IMG/VR virus record: IMGVR_UViG_3300044723_008891
Span: 1-34,705 of that record
DNA length: 34,705 bases
Reading direction: 5' to 3' (one strand)
Source of the DNA: a virus
Lineage: Duplodnaviria; Caudoviricetes
The stretch's first letter is position 1. Each line of letters opens with the position of its first letter. The translations under genes were made by a program, and so were the position numbers. Shown one piece after another: positions 9,847-19,331 of the stretch. The notes under the pieces are model-generated. The model made no database searches. It saw only the letters and a program-made list of their open reading frames with translations, and was not told the origin of the DNA.

Positions 9847-12800
9847 GTTATCCAGTTAATTTTATTTATAGATGAATTGACAGGTAATGCTTGATTTACA
9901 ACATCAATCAATTCGTTTGCTAAGTGTTGTTGTTGATCGACATCAACAATAGAGTCATTTGTTATGCTTATGTTGAAATCTTTACTTTTTACACCAGGTT
10001 TTCTGTGTTTATAAAATTTATTTGCATGATCAACAAAATTACGTTTACCTGCCGGTAATGTCAGGTTCAAAGCTCGAACTTGTTGTTGCTCTCTGCTGAG
10101 CATTTTTATTTTTTGAAAATTTAAATACTCATTATACACCCGGTAATTTCTGAGCTTGAAATCTCCGGCGAACGAGTAATGATCCAACCTGAGTCTTTCA
10201 CTGAATGTGACATTGTTGAAAAATGGTTCTGCACCCACGAGTATGGGATCATGTATAGATCTACTGAATTTATAAGCAGATCCACTAGCTGCATCATCAC
10301 TCGTCTGCGCGTCACGCATCACACCATCCACAAACAAGCTCAAATTACTATTGACACTGTTGAAAGAAAACGCAAAATGATGATAACCTGAAGAAAAATC
10401 ATCAGTATTGACGACAAGCTTTTTGAGTTTGGTCTTGTCTGTGTCAAAATAACTTTGGTATTTAAATTGAAATATTAAATTGTTGGAATGTATTGTGTCT
10501 CGACAAATCCACCTGTAGTTTTCAAAACATGTGATGTCATGTTGTGAATTGAGGTCAACAGTCGGTAGTGAGATCATCTGATACTCACGTAAAGTATGAG
10601 CATTATCAATTTCTAACTTTAAAAAATGAACATTGTCATCAATATCTCGTAATAAAACTATCTGATATGTGTTGTAACCCCGTTGTTGATCTACTTCAGT
10701 GACTAGATCCATACACGCTTGTGTGATTTGTGTTTGACTTATGTTTTCATTTAGATTTTTGAGATCAACACTCGAGCTTATGTTTCTCAGACTGTCCATC
10801 ATGGATAGCTTCGTGTTATCATACAATACATGTATATTATTATCATGGTCACATTTGATTGTATTGACTATATCATTAGCAGATAATGAACTGAAAGTAG
10901 ACCCGGAATCTCTGTTCACTCCACCGCTCAATTTTATGACACCCTCTGGTCCCGCCACTGGAACAGCACTGGAATTGCCGCGAACAAGATTGACAGTGTT
11001 GTCCCTATATTCTTGATTCCACTTAGTTATAAGATTGAAAAGTGTTGACACGCCATCACCGTATAATGTAATATCATTACCCTTGAATCCTTCAAAATTC
11101 TCTGTTGCGACCAATAAAACCTCACTCTGACCAACACCAACTCCTTGCTCACCCACTATTCCTGTCCAGCTAGCATTGACTCCTAGTCTGTTACTCAATG
11201 TATACTTAAACACCCTGTTGTTTTTTATAAACCATACACTATTATCATTATCAATGGTGTATCCGTCACAATTTATTTTGAACTGATATGTACCATCATC
11301 AATTGATTGAACATATGTTTTTTGGGACAATCCCCAACCGAAATCTTCATCTAAACCAGCTAGATGTTCAATCGAGCCGATGACTAGATTGTATGGATAC
11401 GGTCTGTTGAGTAAATCTTGTGTTTCGTCGTATAGATCCCAACGCGTCACATCTTTCGCACCATCCAATATATAATATGAGTTGTTATCAATAGTAGCAC
11501 AGGTGATATCATCACCAAACACTGTGGATTCTACCAACATCCCTTTCATATCATATGATGTTGCTGATACACTGTCAAACATGATGATATCCTCATTGCC
11601 TGGTAGCTTCACAACACTATTGACGTTTGCGATCGGAGGATTCATGATCAAATCCATGTTTGTGTTGTATACAAAAACACTATCCGGTCCACGTAACAGA
11701 ATATAAGGTGTTAAATTTTGCTTGTTAAACACACCAACACCATGATTGGTGTAATTACCTAAAAACTGTCCTGCGAAAGGTTTAGACCAGTCATCTCTAT
11801 GCATTTGAAACGAAATTGTGAAATCACTATTGGTAATATTTGATGGCGTTACAGTTTCGATGTATTGATCTCTGTTGAAAGTTATCTCATCATCAATGTT
11901 TGTTTGTAAAACACGACTCTGATTGTAAGCAGGTGCGATACCGTCGTGTATCATGTTGGTACTAGCATTTTCTATTATAGTTGATATCTGTTTCTCTCCT
12001 AATCTATAGTAAGCGTACAATGAGCCTGGTTCGAACGTTAAATCACTGATTTTATCGAAAATATATTGATTTTCCACACCTAATATATCCACTATATTTT
12101 CAAATTTAGTGGTGTATGAAGAATATTGACCTTCAATCTCAAGAGCTTGTTGTGTGCTGAACTTTTCCGGGTTGTAATAACGATCCACCCACACTGGCGG
12201 TGGATTGTCTGTTTCCTCCCATTCATCCGGATTGATACTAGGCTTTTGCCCGGTGTTTTCAATCTTACAACGATAAACTTTGTTGTCAAAATTGACGATA
12301 ACATTCTCTCTATAAAGCGAAGACTCATTCCAATCAACACCAACGTTACTCTTCAACCAAGAACACAGCCAATTACCAGTATCTTCATCACTTGGCATGC
12401 CATTTGGTGTGTTGTACTTGTAACTCGCTGCTTTCTTGAAAATCTTATCAGAGTTGATAGGAGTATCTCCTCCGATTGCACCACTCTCTATCAATCCACT
12501 GTCATTGATGTTGATTTTGTTGTACGGATACATGTTTTGCGGTGCGTTGAAGTATGTGATACGATCCGGTTCAAGTGCTATTTCAGTTTCATATGAACTG
12601 TAGTTCAGATTCAATCCAGAATCTTTGTCTAGATGTTCATTCATGAGTATTTTATCATATTCACGATGATCCACATCTCTCAAATTAGGAAATGGATTGT
12701 TTCTGTTGGTATTACCCGTGATAGTGAGTTGATTCTTGAGTTGTATGACATCAACCGGCATGTTATCTCGTGTGATGTTCTGATATTGTGACACCAACAG

Positions 12801-13715
12801 GTAATTGTTGGTCACATCTTGATATGATTTTGTTGTGTTTATGTTCAGATTGTTTGTGTCACCTGAGGTTTGATAACTCACCCAATTGTTGAACAGTTTA
12901 TGATCAGTTGTGTTACGTATATATGGTATGTATCTGATCACACTCTGTTGTGGATAGCGATTTGTTCCGATATCAGTTGCAGGAATGGCCATCAACACAC
13001 CTGCGTTGTCAGTGACTGGTGTGACATAATACACCACATTGTTTATATTGATGTAAAATATTATGAATCCTTGATCTTTGTTGATATAATAATTGAATAT
13101 TTGATTGTCATTCAATGTATCACTCTCATTTGTTTCAAATGTGATCAACACTGTTTGTTGGTCACTTTGTAGTTTAGCAGTCATGTATACATTATTGACA
13201 TTATCATCATGATTCACACTGGCTGTGGTGTCATCATGTAGTGTTACGCTGTAGTATATAGCGTTATCATTAGTGTCTTGCGCCCATCTATATGTTTGTT
13301 TACCTGTGGCGGTAAAAACATGGTCTCCCACGGTTAAATCACTGGTTCTAACACCTACCATGTGATCACGTTCGGTGTCTTGTTCATCTTTTTCGAAAAT
13401 ATAAATGTATGCAGAATTGTTGTCGATTGTAGGGTATGCGTTCGCTAGGAGATATGTTGTGAACTGTTCCGGATACTTGCTTCCGGGTAGATCGATATTG
13501 ATAATGTCGTCAATTTTGATTTGATCCGTCAGCAACATACTTGATCTCGTGTCTGTTACACTATCCACACTGTACTGTTGTGCGAAAGTTGATTTCAAGC
13601 TGATACCATCGACTGGATCTATTGTCTTGTGACCAAACATTAACATGGAGTCATGCTTATCGTCAATTTTTAACGGAGTCCAGGTGCTATTATTCGATAT
13701 CTCAACATTTTTCAT
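9843..13715 (-). CDS. Large virion protein with LamG/concanavalin-A-like lectin domain and CBM5/12-like module (1290 aa)
   Basis: LamG-type strings FTISFQMH and YHHFAFSFNSVNSNLSLFVDG...ILVG...FKLRNYRVYNEYL; CBM5/12-like WNESSLYRENVIVNFDNKVYRC...PSINPDEW; ATAAATA at 13729-13735. Confidence 0.7.
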   Translation of the reverse strand: MKNVEISNNSTWTPLKIDDKHDSMLMFGHKTIDPVDGISLKSTFAQQYSVDSVTDTRSSMLLTDQIKIDDIINIDLPGSKYPEQFTTYLLANAYPTIDNNSAYIYIFEKDEQDTERDHMVGVRTSDLTVGDHVFTATGKQTYRWAQDTNDNAIYYSVTLHDDTTASVNHDDNVNNVYMTAKLQSDQQTVLITFETNESDTLNDNQIFNYYINKDQGFIIFYININNVVYYVTPVTDNAGVLMAIPATDIGTNRYPQQSVIRYIPYIRNTTDHKLFNNWVSYQTSGDTNNLNINTTKSYQDVTNNYLLVSQYQNITRDNMPVDVIQLKNQLTITGNTNRNNPFPNLRDVDHREYDKILMNEHLDKDSGLNLNYSSYETEIALEPDRITYFNAPQNMYPYNKININDSGLIESGAIGGDTPINSDKIFKKAASYKYNTPNGMPSDEDTGNWLCSWLKSNVGVDWNESSLYRENVIVNFDNKVYRCKIENTGQKPSINPDEWEETDNPPPVWVDRYYNPEKFSTQQALEIEGQYSSYTTKFENIVDILGVENQYIFDKISDLTFEPGSLYAYYRLGEKQISTIIENASTNMIHDGIAPAYNQSRVLQTNIDDEITFNRDQYIETVTPSNITNSDFTISFQMHRDDWSKPFAGQFLGNYTNHGVGVFNKQNLTPYILLRGPDSVFVYNTNMDLIMNPPIANVNSVVKLPGNEDIIMFDSVSATSYDMKGMLVESTVFGDDITCATIDNNSYYILDGAKDVTRWDLYDETQDLLNRPYPYNLVIGSIEHLAGLDEDFGWGLSQKTYVQSIDDGTYQFKINCDGYTIDNDNSVWFIKNNRVFKYTLSNRLGVNASWTGIVGEQGVGVGQSEVLLVATENFEGFKGNDITLYGDGVSTLFNLITKWNQEYRDNTVNLVRGNSSAVPVAGPEGVIKLSGGVNRDSGSTFSSLSANDIVNTIKCDHDNNIHVLYDNTKLSMMDSLRNISSSVDLKNLNENISQTQITQACMDLVTEVDQQRGYNTYQIVLLRDIDDNVHFLKLEIDNAHTLREYQMISLPTVDLNSQHDITCFENYRWICRDTIHSNNLIFQFKYQSYFDTDKTKLKKLVVNTDDFSSGYHHFAFSFNSVNSNLSLFVDGVMRDAQTSDDAASGSAYKFSRSIHDPILVGAEPFFNNVTFSERLRLDHYSFAGDFKLRNYRVYNEYLNFQKIKMLSREQQQVRALNLTLPAGKRNFVDHANKFYKHRKPGVKSKDFNISITNDSIVDVDQQQHLANELIDVVNQALPVNSSINKINWIT

Positions 13716-13774
13716 GCGTGTACATGTTTATTTATCGTTGAGATGGTATTGTACCATCTAATGATGGTGTTATA

Positions 13775-14011
13775 TTAAATTAAACCAAGGTTCCGCCTGC
13801 GAACATGATCGAGAACAGGTCCATCACCGGGCTGGCCATAACCAGCTTCGATCTCATCACTCGCTAACTGTAAGTCTGGATTCGTCGAGGTGTTTGTGAT
13901 AATGTCGTTTACACGATTCTCGTCCAACCCGACCTTGCCACCTAATGGAGTGTAATCTACATCTCCTGTCACAGGAGGTATGTTTGAATAAACTGGATCT
14001 ACTTTTGCCAT
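13775..14011 (-). CDS. Hypothetical late protein (78 aa; start reassigned to MAKVDP)
   Basis: ATAAGTA lies 5 nt before ATG 14011, matching the spacing at other late genes. Confidence 0.65.
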   Translation of the reverse strand: MAKVDPVYSNIPPVTGDVDYTPLGGKVGLDENRVNDIITNTSTNPDLQLASDEIEAGYGQPGDGPVLDHVRRRNLGLI

Positions 14012-14027
14012 ACAAATACTTATTGAA

Positions 14028-14378
14028 TCATTGCTCAATTATTGAGATTGTGAGTCTCATGTCGTGTATCTTGTTTGTGTTTTCTTTTGGTGAGTGAGTT
14101 TCTACAAAGTCAATTTTAGATTGGTTTGATTTGCATAGATCTGAAATAGTATATGAAAATTTAACATAACTATCCCCAGAAAGGACACGATAAGGATAAG
14201 GTATTTCATAATTTTTATTGACATTCTTGTTCGTTTGGAGCATGAATTTCACATAATAATCTTCATGTGTGAACAACAGCAACTTGCCTTTGCGTACCGT
14301 TTTTTCACCTAGCGAAAAAACAACTTGCTTTAACAACAAGTTTTTAATGCATTGTAATGTGTCAAGTGGTTTATACAT
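14028..14378 (-). CDS. Hypothetical protein (116 aa)
   Basis: Co-oriented ORF overlapping the upstream stop; no motif recognised. Confidence 0.7.
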   Translation of the reverse strand: MYKPLDTLQCIKNLLLKQVVFSLGEKTVRKGKLLLFTHEDYYVKFMLQTNKNVNKNYEIPYPYRVLSGDSYVKFSYTISDLCKSNQSKIDFVETHSPKENTNKIHDMRLTISIIEQ

Positions 14379-14757
14379 CGAAAAAAGATTGTTTTTGCCC
14401 GGGAGTCATGGGGTGTATTGTGCTGTTGAAGTATTCCCAAAAATCTCTACCGTCTCCGCTCACAGGCATTTGACTTATCAACTCGCAATTATCAACACTT
14501 ATGGCACGGTAGTCTTGCTTGAATATATCCCACGCTATTACAAGATTCTTGCTCGCAGGACTGTACTTTGGTGTGGAGAAGCTTGGTTTGTAGTGTAGAG
14601 TTTGTCTACCAGGTTCACTTTGTAATATGATCGGGCTATTTGTACATAGCATACGTCTGGTAGCAGGTGCTCCAGGCTTGACTCTGCGCCGCTTGAACTT
14701 TATTTCAAGTACATTGTTTTCAAGCAACACACGAAGTGTGCTTGCCCCTACCTTCAT
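14371..14757 (-). CDS. WYL_2/DUF2693-like Sm/SH3 beta-barrel protein
   Basis: Pattern LENNVLEIKFKR...RRMLCT...LVIAWDIFKQDYRAISVDN, typical of this phage family. Confidence 0.65.
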   Translation of the reverse strand: MKVGASTLRVLLENNVLEIKFKRRRVKPGAPATRRMLCTNSPIILQSEPGRQTLHYKPSFSTPKYSPASKNLVIAWDIFKQDYRAISVDNCELISQMPVSGDGRDFWEYFNSTIHPMTPGQKQSFFDV

Positions 14758-15179
14758 TACTCACTTTTAGGCTGACAAACACCGAATATTCTGTCTTCAT
14801 TTAGAAAACAGCTGTTTTTCACTTTACCGTGACTGGTAATCTCAAGATTACCAACAGCAATGCCTTTGTCATTAGGAAAACATACATGGTCTCCAACTTT
14901 AACTAACTGGCAATTAGGCCCGGCTAGTAAAACTTCACCAATTCTCCAGGTGAATGTGCTGGTGTTTATAGGCACCCACACTCCGTTTTTTAAAATTTCA
15001 GTGCCTTGGTCGTTACAGTCAACATATTTTACTAGAATGATATCATCTAACACACTGGATAGTTCATATCCGAAGAGATTGAAGTTTTCACTGCTTGTGT
15101 AATTGTCGAGTTGAACTGTACCTTTTACTCTGTCACGAAGACCGGCCTGTGCTTGTTGTACAACTGCTTTGGAACTCAT
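14757..15179 (-). CDS. groES: GroES/Cpn10-like co-chaperonin (T4 gp31 analogue)
   Basis: VLDDIILVK...GVWVP...GEVLLAGPNCQLVKVGDHVCFP...FLNEDRIFGV matches the Cpn10 pattern. Start placed at ATG 15179; the ORF track start at 15212 is a TTG. Confidence 0.8.
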   Translation of the reverse strand: MSSKAVVQQAQAGLRDRVKGTVQLDNYTSSENFNLFGYELSSVLDDIILVKYVDCNDQGTEILKNGVWVPINTSTFTWRIGEVLLAGPNCQLVKVGDHVCFPNDKGIAVGNLEITSHGKVKNSCFLNEDRIFGVCQPKSE

Positions 15180-15528
15180 AATAAGATTTAATCTCCCGTT
15201 GAGATAATTCAAGCCTCTTGGCTAACAATTTTACATTGTCTGGATCTTTATCTGTCTCTTCTGGCTTCTTTTTCTTGATGTAGTGTATTCTTTTGTTTTG
15301 TAATCGAGGAAACACACGCGAAACGAATCGATAGTATTGCTGTTTTGTCTCAAACGCACTGTACAGCCAATTGACGGTGTTGTTCACTAGCAACGCCATC
15401 GCAGGACTATACATACTCGACCATCGATTGATCATGTATTGATTGAAATTAGATTCATCATCAACATTTTGCATCAACTTGCCACGTTTGGTGAACAAGA
15501 TGTCGTTGAGACAGTCAAATATGGTCAC
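15133..15528 (-). CDS. DNA polymerase clamp-loader small subunit (T4 gp62-like)
   Basis: IFDCLNDILFTK...FNQYMINRWSSM...QYYRF...YIKK...LAKRLELSQREIKSY resembles gp62 homologues. Confidence 0.75.
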   Translation of the reverse strand: MTIFDCLNDILFTKRGKLMQNVDDESNFNQYMINRWSSMYSPAMALLVNNTVNWLYSAFETKQQYYRFVSRVFPRLQNKRIHYIKKKKPEETDKDPDNVKLLAKRLELSQREIKSYYEFQSSCTTSTGRSS

Positions 15529-16109
15529 TTGCTGATTATTTTCGTGGTAGCAAGAAACATGTCATCATTCATGGCGTAGAACATCTCGACAATGGTGTCT
15601 TGAAAGCTTTTTATTTGCTGATCATCAAGATTGGTACTGTATGCAAACGCAGGAGCTCGATCACCAGCATTAACATTGATTCCTGTGTGACCCAATGCAG
15701 CTCCATCTTTAGTGTAGGTGATACTCACACTGCATTTACCTTTGTGTTGCACGATACCACCTCGAGTGAATTCTTTATGCACGATTAAATCATCTCCATC
15801 CACTTCTATTGGAGCGTTGATATATCCTTGCAACACATTTGCAATACCGGTGTTGAACAACCGCTGCCATGCCACTGCTCCAAATGCATCTAACCCGGGT
15901 ATCTCCCAGCAAAAATTTATCGCATCATCACTGTAGATGAAATCGTTCTTGAGAACATCTTCATGGTCGATCATCCCATCAGCTTCAACTAGCATGGGAC
16001 TTCTGAATGTCACAATGTTACCGATCGGTAGTGTTCTGTTCTTGAAAAATGTGTATGCGAATCGCCGGTGAATTAAATCACCATCATAATTGTTAACGTT
16101 TACTATCAT
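15525..16109 (-). CDS. DUF366-family protein (biotin/lipoate-ligase-like fold); start reassigned to MIVNVNNY
   Basis: YDG...H..FAY...IVTFRSPM.V...MIDHED...IYSDDAINF..E...WQRLF...GDDLIV...KCSVSI...HTGINV; TATAAT 6 nt before ATG 16109. Confidence 0.72.
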   Translation of the reverse strand: MIVNVNNYDGDLIHRRFAYTFFKNRTLPIGNIVTFRSPMLVEADGMIDHEDVLKNDFIYSDDAINFCWEIPGLDAFGAVAWQRLFNTGIANVLQGYINAPIEVDGDDLIVHKEFTRGGIVQHKGKCSVSITYTKDGAALGHTGINVNAGDRAPAFAYSTNLDDQQIKSFQDTIVEMFYAMNDDMFLATTKIISK

Positions 16110-16115
16110 ACATTG

Positions 16116-16145
16116 ATTATAATATAAAATAAATAAAAAAGCCAA
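16116..16145 (-). promoter_or_regulatory. sigma70-like promoter (TTGGCT-N18-TATAAT)
   Basis: -10 at 16116-16121, -35-like at 16140-16145; heads the DUF366-gp62-GroES operon. Confidence 0.55.
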
Positions 16146-16156
16146 CAATTAAATGA

Positions 16157-16687
16157 TTATACTGTTGCCACTAAGATGTCATCTTCAATTAAACCTTTAT
16201 CGTATGTTATTTTATAATTAGGGTTTATTTTTAAAATTTTGTTGATAATTGTTTCGAGATCAATATCTCGGGTTTGCCATGCATTACCTCTTATAATACG
16301 TAAGTCGTCTATTAAGATAATATGATCTTTAATTTTATGCTCTTTAATAGCATCTAATTCTTCATATAGAGGACATCCCTTTACACCAGCACCGACATTA
16401 TGACCATCCAACCAGAAAGTGCATCTACTATCAATTTTACTGAGCAATTTTGAAAGCATATCAATTGAATCACCTACTACTAGTTCAACGTTAACATTTA
16501 TATTATTCTCGTCAATGTATTTATTGATATTATCGCTCCCAATTTTATGTATTTCTGGTAAAATCTCAATACTGTATATATTATTGAAACCAGATCTTAT
16601 CGCGTTGATACAACCGTTTCCATGGTATGTACCTGTTTCGACAAAGTTTGTCGTCAAATATTTACTAAAATCAAACTTCGCTGGCAT
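16157..16687 (-). CDS. Class I SAM-dependent methyltransferase-like protein
   Basis: FVETGTYHGNG (motif I), IYSIEI, VVGDS, FWLDGH, IILIDD. Confidence 0.75.
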   Translation of the reverse strand: MPAKFDFSKYLTTNFVETGTYHGNGCINAIRSGFNNIYSIEILPEIHKIGSDNINKYIDENNINVNVELVVGDSIDMLSKLLSKIDSRCTFWLDGHNVGAGVKGCPLYEELDAIKEHKIKDHIILIDDLRIIRGNAWQTRDIDLETIINKILKINPNYKITYDKGLIEDDILVATV

Positions 16688-17468
16688 AATTAAAAAATGC
16701 TGTATGGATACAATTCCATATGTTGTATTTATCGAGTATCAACCTTCTTGCAACCTCCATAGCGTCAATCTCTGTAGATGTAATAGGTTGGTTGATAATA
16801 TCGCTCAACTCTTCTGGTTTGTTAATATCGATAAGCCTGTAACTGTCTACCGGAAAAAAATCATGTATATTAGGACATCCCCAATACACAGGTAATGTCC
16901 ATGATAATAGGCAGTCGATTATTTTTTCAGTAAAATAATTTTTTTGTGAGCTATTTTCGATACAAATACTCATTGATGATTCTTTAAGAATAATGGATCT
17001 CTCTGGGAGAGAAACTTTCGGTCCACATATATTACCCTTAACAACTAAATTCTTGTTAGACTTAGATACATTATTAATATAATTAACTCTATGTACATGT
17101 TTGTTACTCGCAACAACACTCACTTGTTTCTTTCTTATATATTTTGCTTTAGATAAATCGCTATAAGAATCTGGAATCCACCATGTACTAGCATGAAACT
17201 TTTCATTTGTTGAATAATCATAGCTGTATAGTGAGTTACTCATTTGTTTCCACTTGCAAATAATATCTGGTTCTCGACGAAAATGTATACTGTTCTTTAA
17301 ATCTAAATTTTTTTTTCTTTCAGCCCCACAAACAACATTAAAATCATAATTATCTAAACGAGTAGCTTGTACATTTTTCCACTTCAGGTTACATTCAGGT
17401 GTTTGTTTGTTAATAAATGATAGATAATCATCATGAACCCACCCAATATTTAACTTAAATGACTTCAT
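16671..17468 (-). CDS. Glycosyltransferase family 10 (alpha-1,3-fucosyltransferase-like)
   Basis: ICIENSSQKNYFTEKIIDCLLSWTLPVYWG is the GT10 signature. Confidence 0.85.
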   Translation of the reverse strand: MKSFKLNIGWVHDDYLSFINKQTPECNLKWKNVQATRLDNYDFNVVCGAERKKNLDLKNSIHFRREPDIICKWKQMSNSLYSYDYSTNEKFHASTWWIPDSYSDLSKAKYIRKKQVSVVASNKHVHRVNYINNVSKSNKNLVVKGNICGPKVSLPERSIILKESSMSICIENSSQKNYFTEKIIDCLLSWTLPVYWGCPNIHDFFPVDSYRLIDINKPEELSDIINQPITSTEIDAMEVARRLILDKYNIWNCIHTAFFNYASEV

Positions 17469-17971
17469 TAGAAAAGTTTAAATATATCTTGAATTGACAT
17501 TCTGTCAAGATCTAGTTGCGAATCATAAGGCTCTGATGTGTTGTGACCCAGAGCGTGTTTCACGTGTTCGATTGTTAGTAAATTCCAATTTGGGTCAACA
17601 GTACCTAAAACCTTTTTCATTAAAAATCTAATAACATAAAAGCGTAACAACTCTTCGATGTCACGTTTTCTGATAACTTTGGCCGGCACACCGGTAATAA
17701 CAGAGTATGCAGGGAAATGACCTCTGACTACCGCACCAGTACCAACTAGGCATGCTCGTCCTAATTTTGTACCCATCAGTATAGTCGATCTGAATCCGAT
17801 CCAGGTAAGATCTCCGAAAATTACTTTATTGTCCGTTTGATATGGTAGTATAGGTCCATGCAATATGATTTTTGATTCAGTGCCTAATAAACAATCATCA
17901 CCAATATGTACACAGTCATTGTTCCAATTCTCTATCTGACCAAGGTTCTCAAAATTCTTACCGATTTTCAT
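17468..17971 (-). CDS. Hexapeptide-repeat (left-handed beta-helix) O-acetyltransferase
   Basis: VIFGDLTWIGFRSTILMGTKLGRACLVGTGAVV...PAYSVITGVPAKVIR. Confidence 0.85.
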   Translation of the reverse strand: MKIGKNFENLGQIENWNNDCVHIGDDCLLGTESKIILHGPILPYQTDNKVIFGDLTWIGFRSTILMGTKLGRACLVGTGAVVRGHFPAYSVITGVPAKVIRKRDIEELLRFYVIRFLMKKVLGTVDPNWNLLTIEHVKHALGHNTSEPYDSQLDLDRMSIQDIFKLF

Positions 17972-17972
17972 G

Positions 17973-18575
17973 CTATATATAATTGTCCATTAACTCGTAA
18001 TCCACACTGTATATATCTCTCAAAATATTTTGATAGTATTCATCAATAGTAACCACATCCTGTGTGGTAGTAACGTTAACAGCACCAGGGCTTAATCCAA
18101 AATTTCTCTCAAAATATTCACAAAAGTTGCTCATTGAAACGAACTCAATGCTAGATCGATCATAATCTAACCAACATGATTGAGTTTTCCATCCAAGATG
18201 TTTCAATTGTCTATTAACATCAACCCCAAGATTGTATATTTGACATTGTGCTCTGTTATTATCGATAATATCGATAATTTCATGTATATTTTTATCATGA
18301 CACAGTTCATAATCTGGATGCTTTGGTTTTGTGACACCATATACGTCATGCCATCGCGATTTGCGCATTTTAGCAAAATTGTAACATGAAATAAATCTCT
18401 CGACCGGATCTCTCAATATACATATTTTACGATACGAGTCCCATCTCTTTACTTTACGCTTGTAGTGAGACACTGAATGGTGACCATGATCTCCATTCAA
18501 CATGTCAACCACACTCGTACCAGCGTTTTTGGGTATGTGTATAAACACAATTTTATTTTGATGATCAACACACAT
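17973..18575 (-). CDS. Sulfotransferase (Sulfotransfer_2 family)
   Basis: PAPS-binding motifs FIHIPKNAGTSV (5'-PSB) and LRDPVERFISCY (3'-PB); C-terminal IYSVDYEL. Confidence 0.88.
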   Translation of the reverse strand: MCVDHQNKIVFIHIPKNAGTSVVDMLNGDHGHHSVSHYKRKVKRWDSYRKICILRDPVERFISCYNFAKMRKSRWHDVYGVTKPKHPDYELCHDKNIHEIIDIIDNNRAQCQIYNLGVDVNRQLKHLGWKTQSCWLDYDRSSIEFVSMSNFCEYFERNFGLSPGAVNVTTTQDVVTIDEYYQNILRDIYSVDYELMDNYI

Positions 18576-19275
18576 GATCTAAGGAGACAACAATATGTTT
18601 AACGACATTATCTGCAATGTTTTTCGTTGATATAATATCATATTTTAAATTGTTTAGACCAGTACTTAATATGTAATTTAACTGATCTTGTTTACTAATA
18701 TTTTTAAATATATCATAGTGATATTTTGTTTTTTTGCCGAGATCACAACACACACGAGGCTCTGGATTCGCAAAACGTGATAGATATTCTGGATGATCAC
18801 GATCATTCATCAAATTAGTAATTTTTGTAATGTTGTAATACTCTGCCCGATTTTGTAGTGCTTTATCTTCAGCTCCCCATCCCCACATGTTATTAGGGAA
18901 GCCATTAATTTTATGTATGGTACTATTTGTTATTTTTATAATACCACCTAGAGTATTGCATTGTGATGTATATATACCTAAAACATGTTCATCATCTACA
19001 TCCTGTGTATAAAACTCTTCGACACATTTATTAGTTGGGTTGATATCGACATCATGTGTTAAAAAATAATGTGTATTATTCCTGTACATATCAAAACCAA
19101 CATTCAACAAAGCACCTCTATTGAATGGTTGTGTGTCTGATTGTTCTATTATTAAAAATATTGTGTTTGGTAGATGTTCACATATTACAGGTACAGAATT
19201 TTCAATAAAAAAATCAAGCTGTTTCTTTCTGTTCCTATAAGGAATACATATAGCCTGCTCTACATTTACTGCCAT
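18565..19275 (-). CDS. Glycosyltransferase family 7 (beta-1,4-galactosyltransferase-like)
   Basis: IPYRNR, IEQ...FNRGALLNVGF, HDVD, INGFPNNMWGWGAED. Confidence 0.9.
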   Translation of the reverse strand: MAVNVEQAICIPYRNRKKQLDFFIENSVPVICEHLPNTIFLIIEQSDTQPFNRGALLNVGFDMYRNNTHYFLTHDVDINPTNKCVEEFYTQDVDDEHVLGIYTSQCNTLGGIIKITNSTIHKINGFPNNMWGWGAEDKALQNRAEYYNITKITNLMNDRDHPEYLSRFANPEPRVCCDLGKKTKYHYDIFKNISKQDQLNYILSTGLNNLKYDIISTKNIADNVVKHIVVSLDHVC

Positions 19276-19282
19276 ACACTAA

Positions 19283-19290
19283 TATTTATA
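19283..19290 (-). promoter_or_regulatory. T4 late promoter consensus TATAAATA (heads GT7-sulfotransferase-acetyltransferase-GT10-methyltransferase)
   Basis: Exact consensus 7 nt before ATG 19275. Confidence 0.75.
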
Positions 19291-19331
19291 CATTCAATAT
19301 AACTAGTAAACGTATATTGATCTCTTATCTG

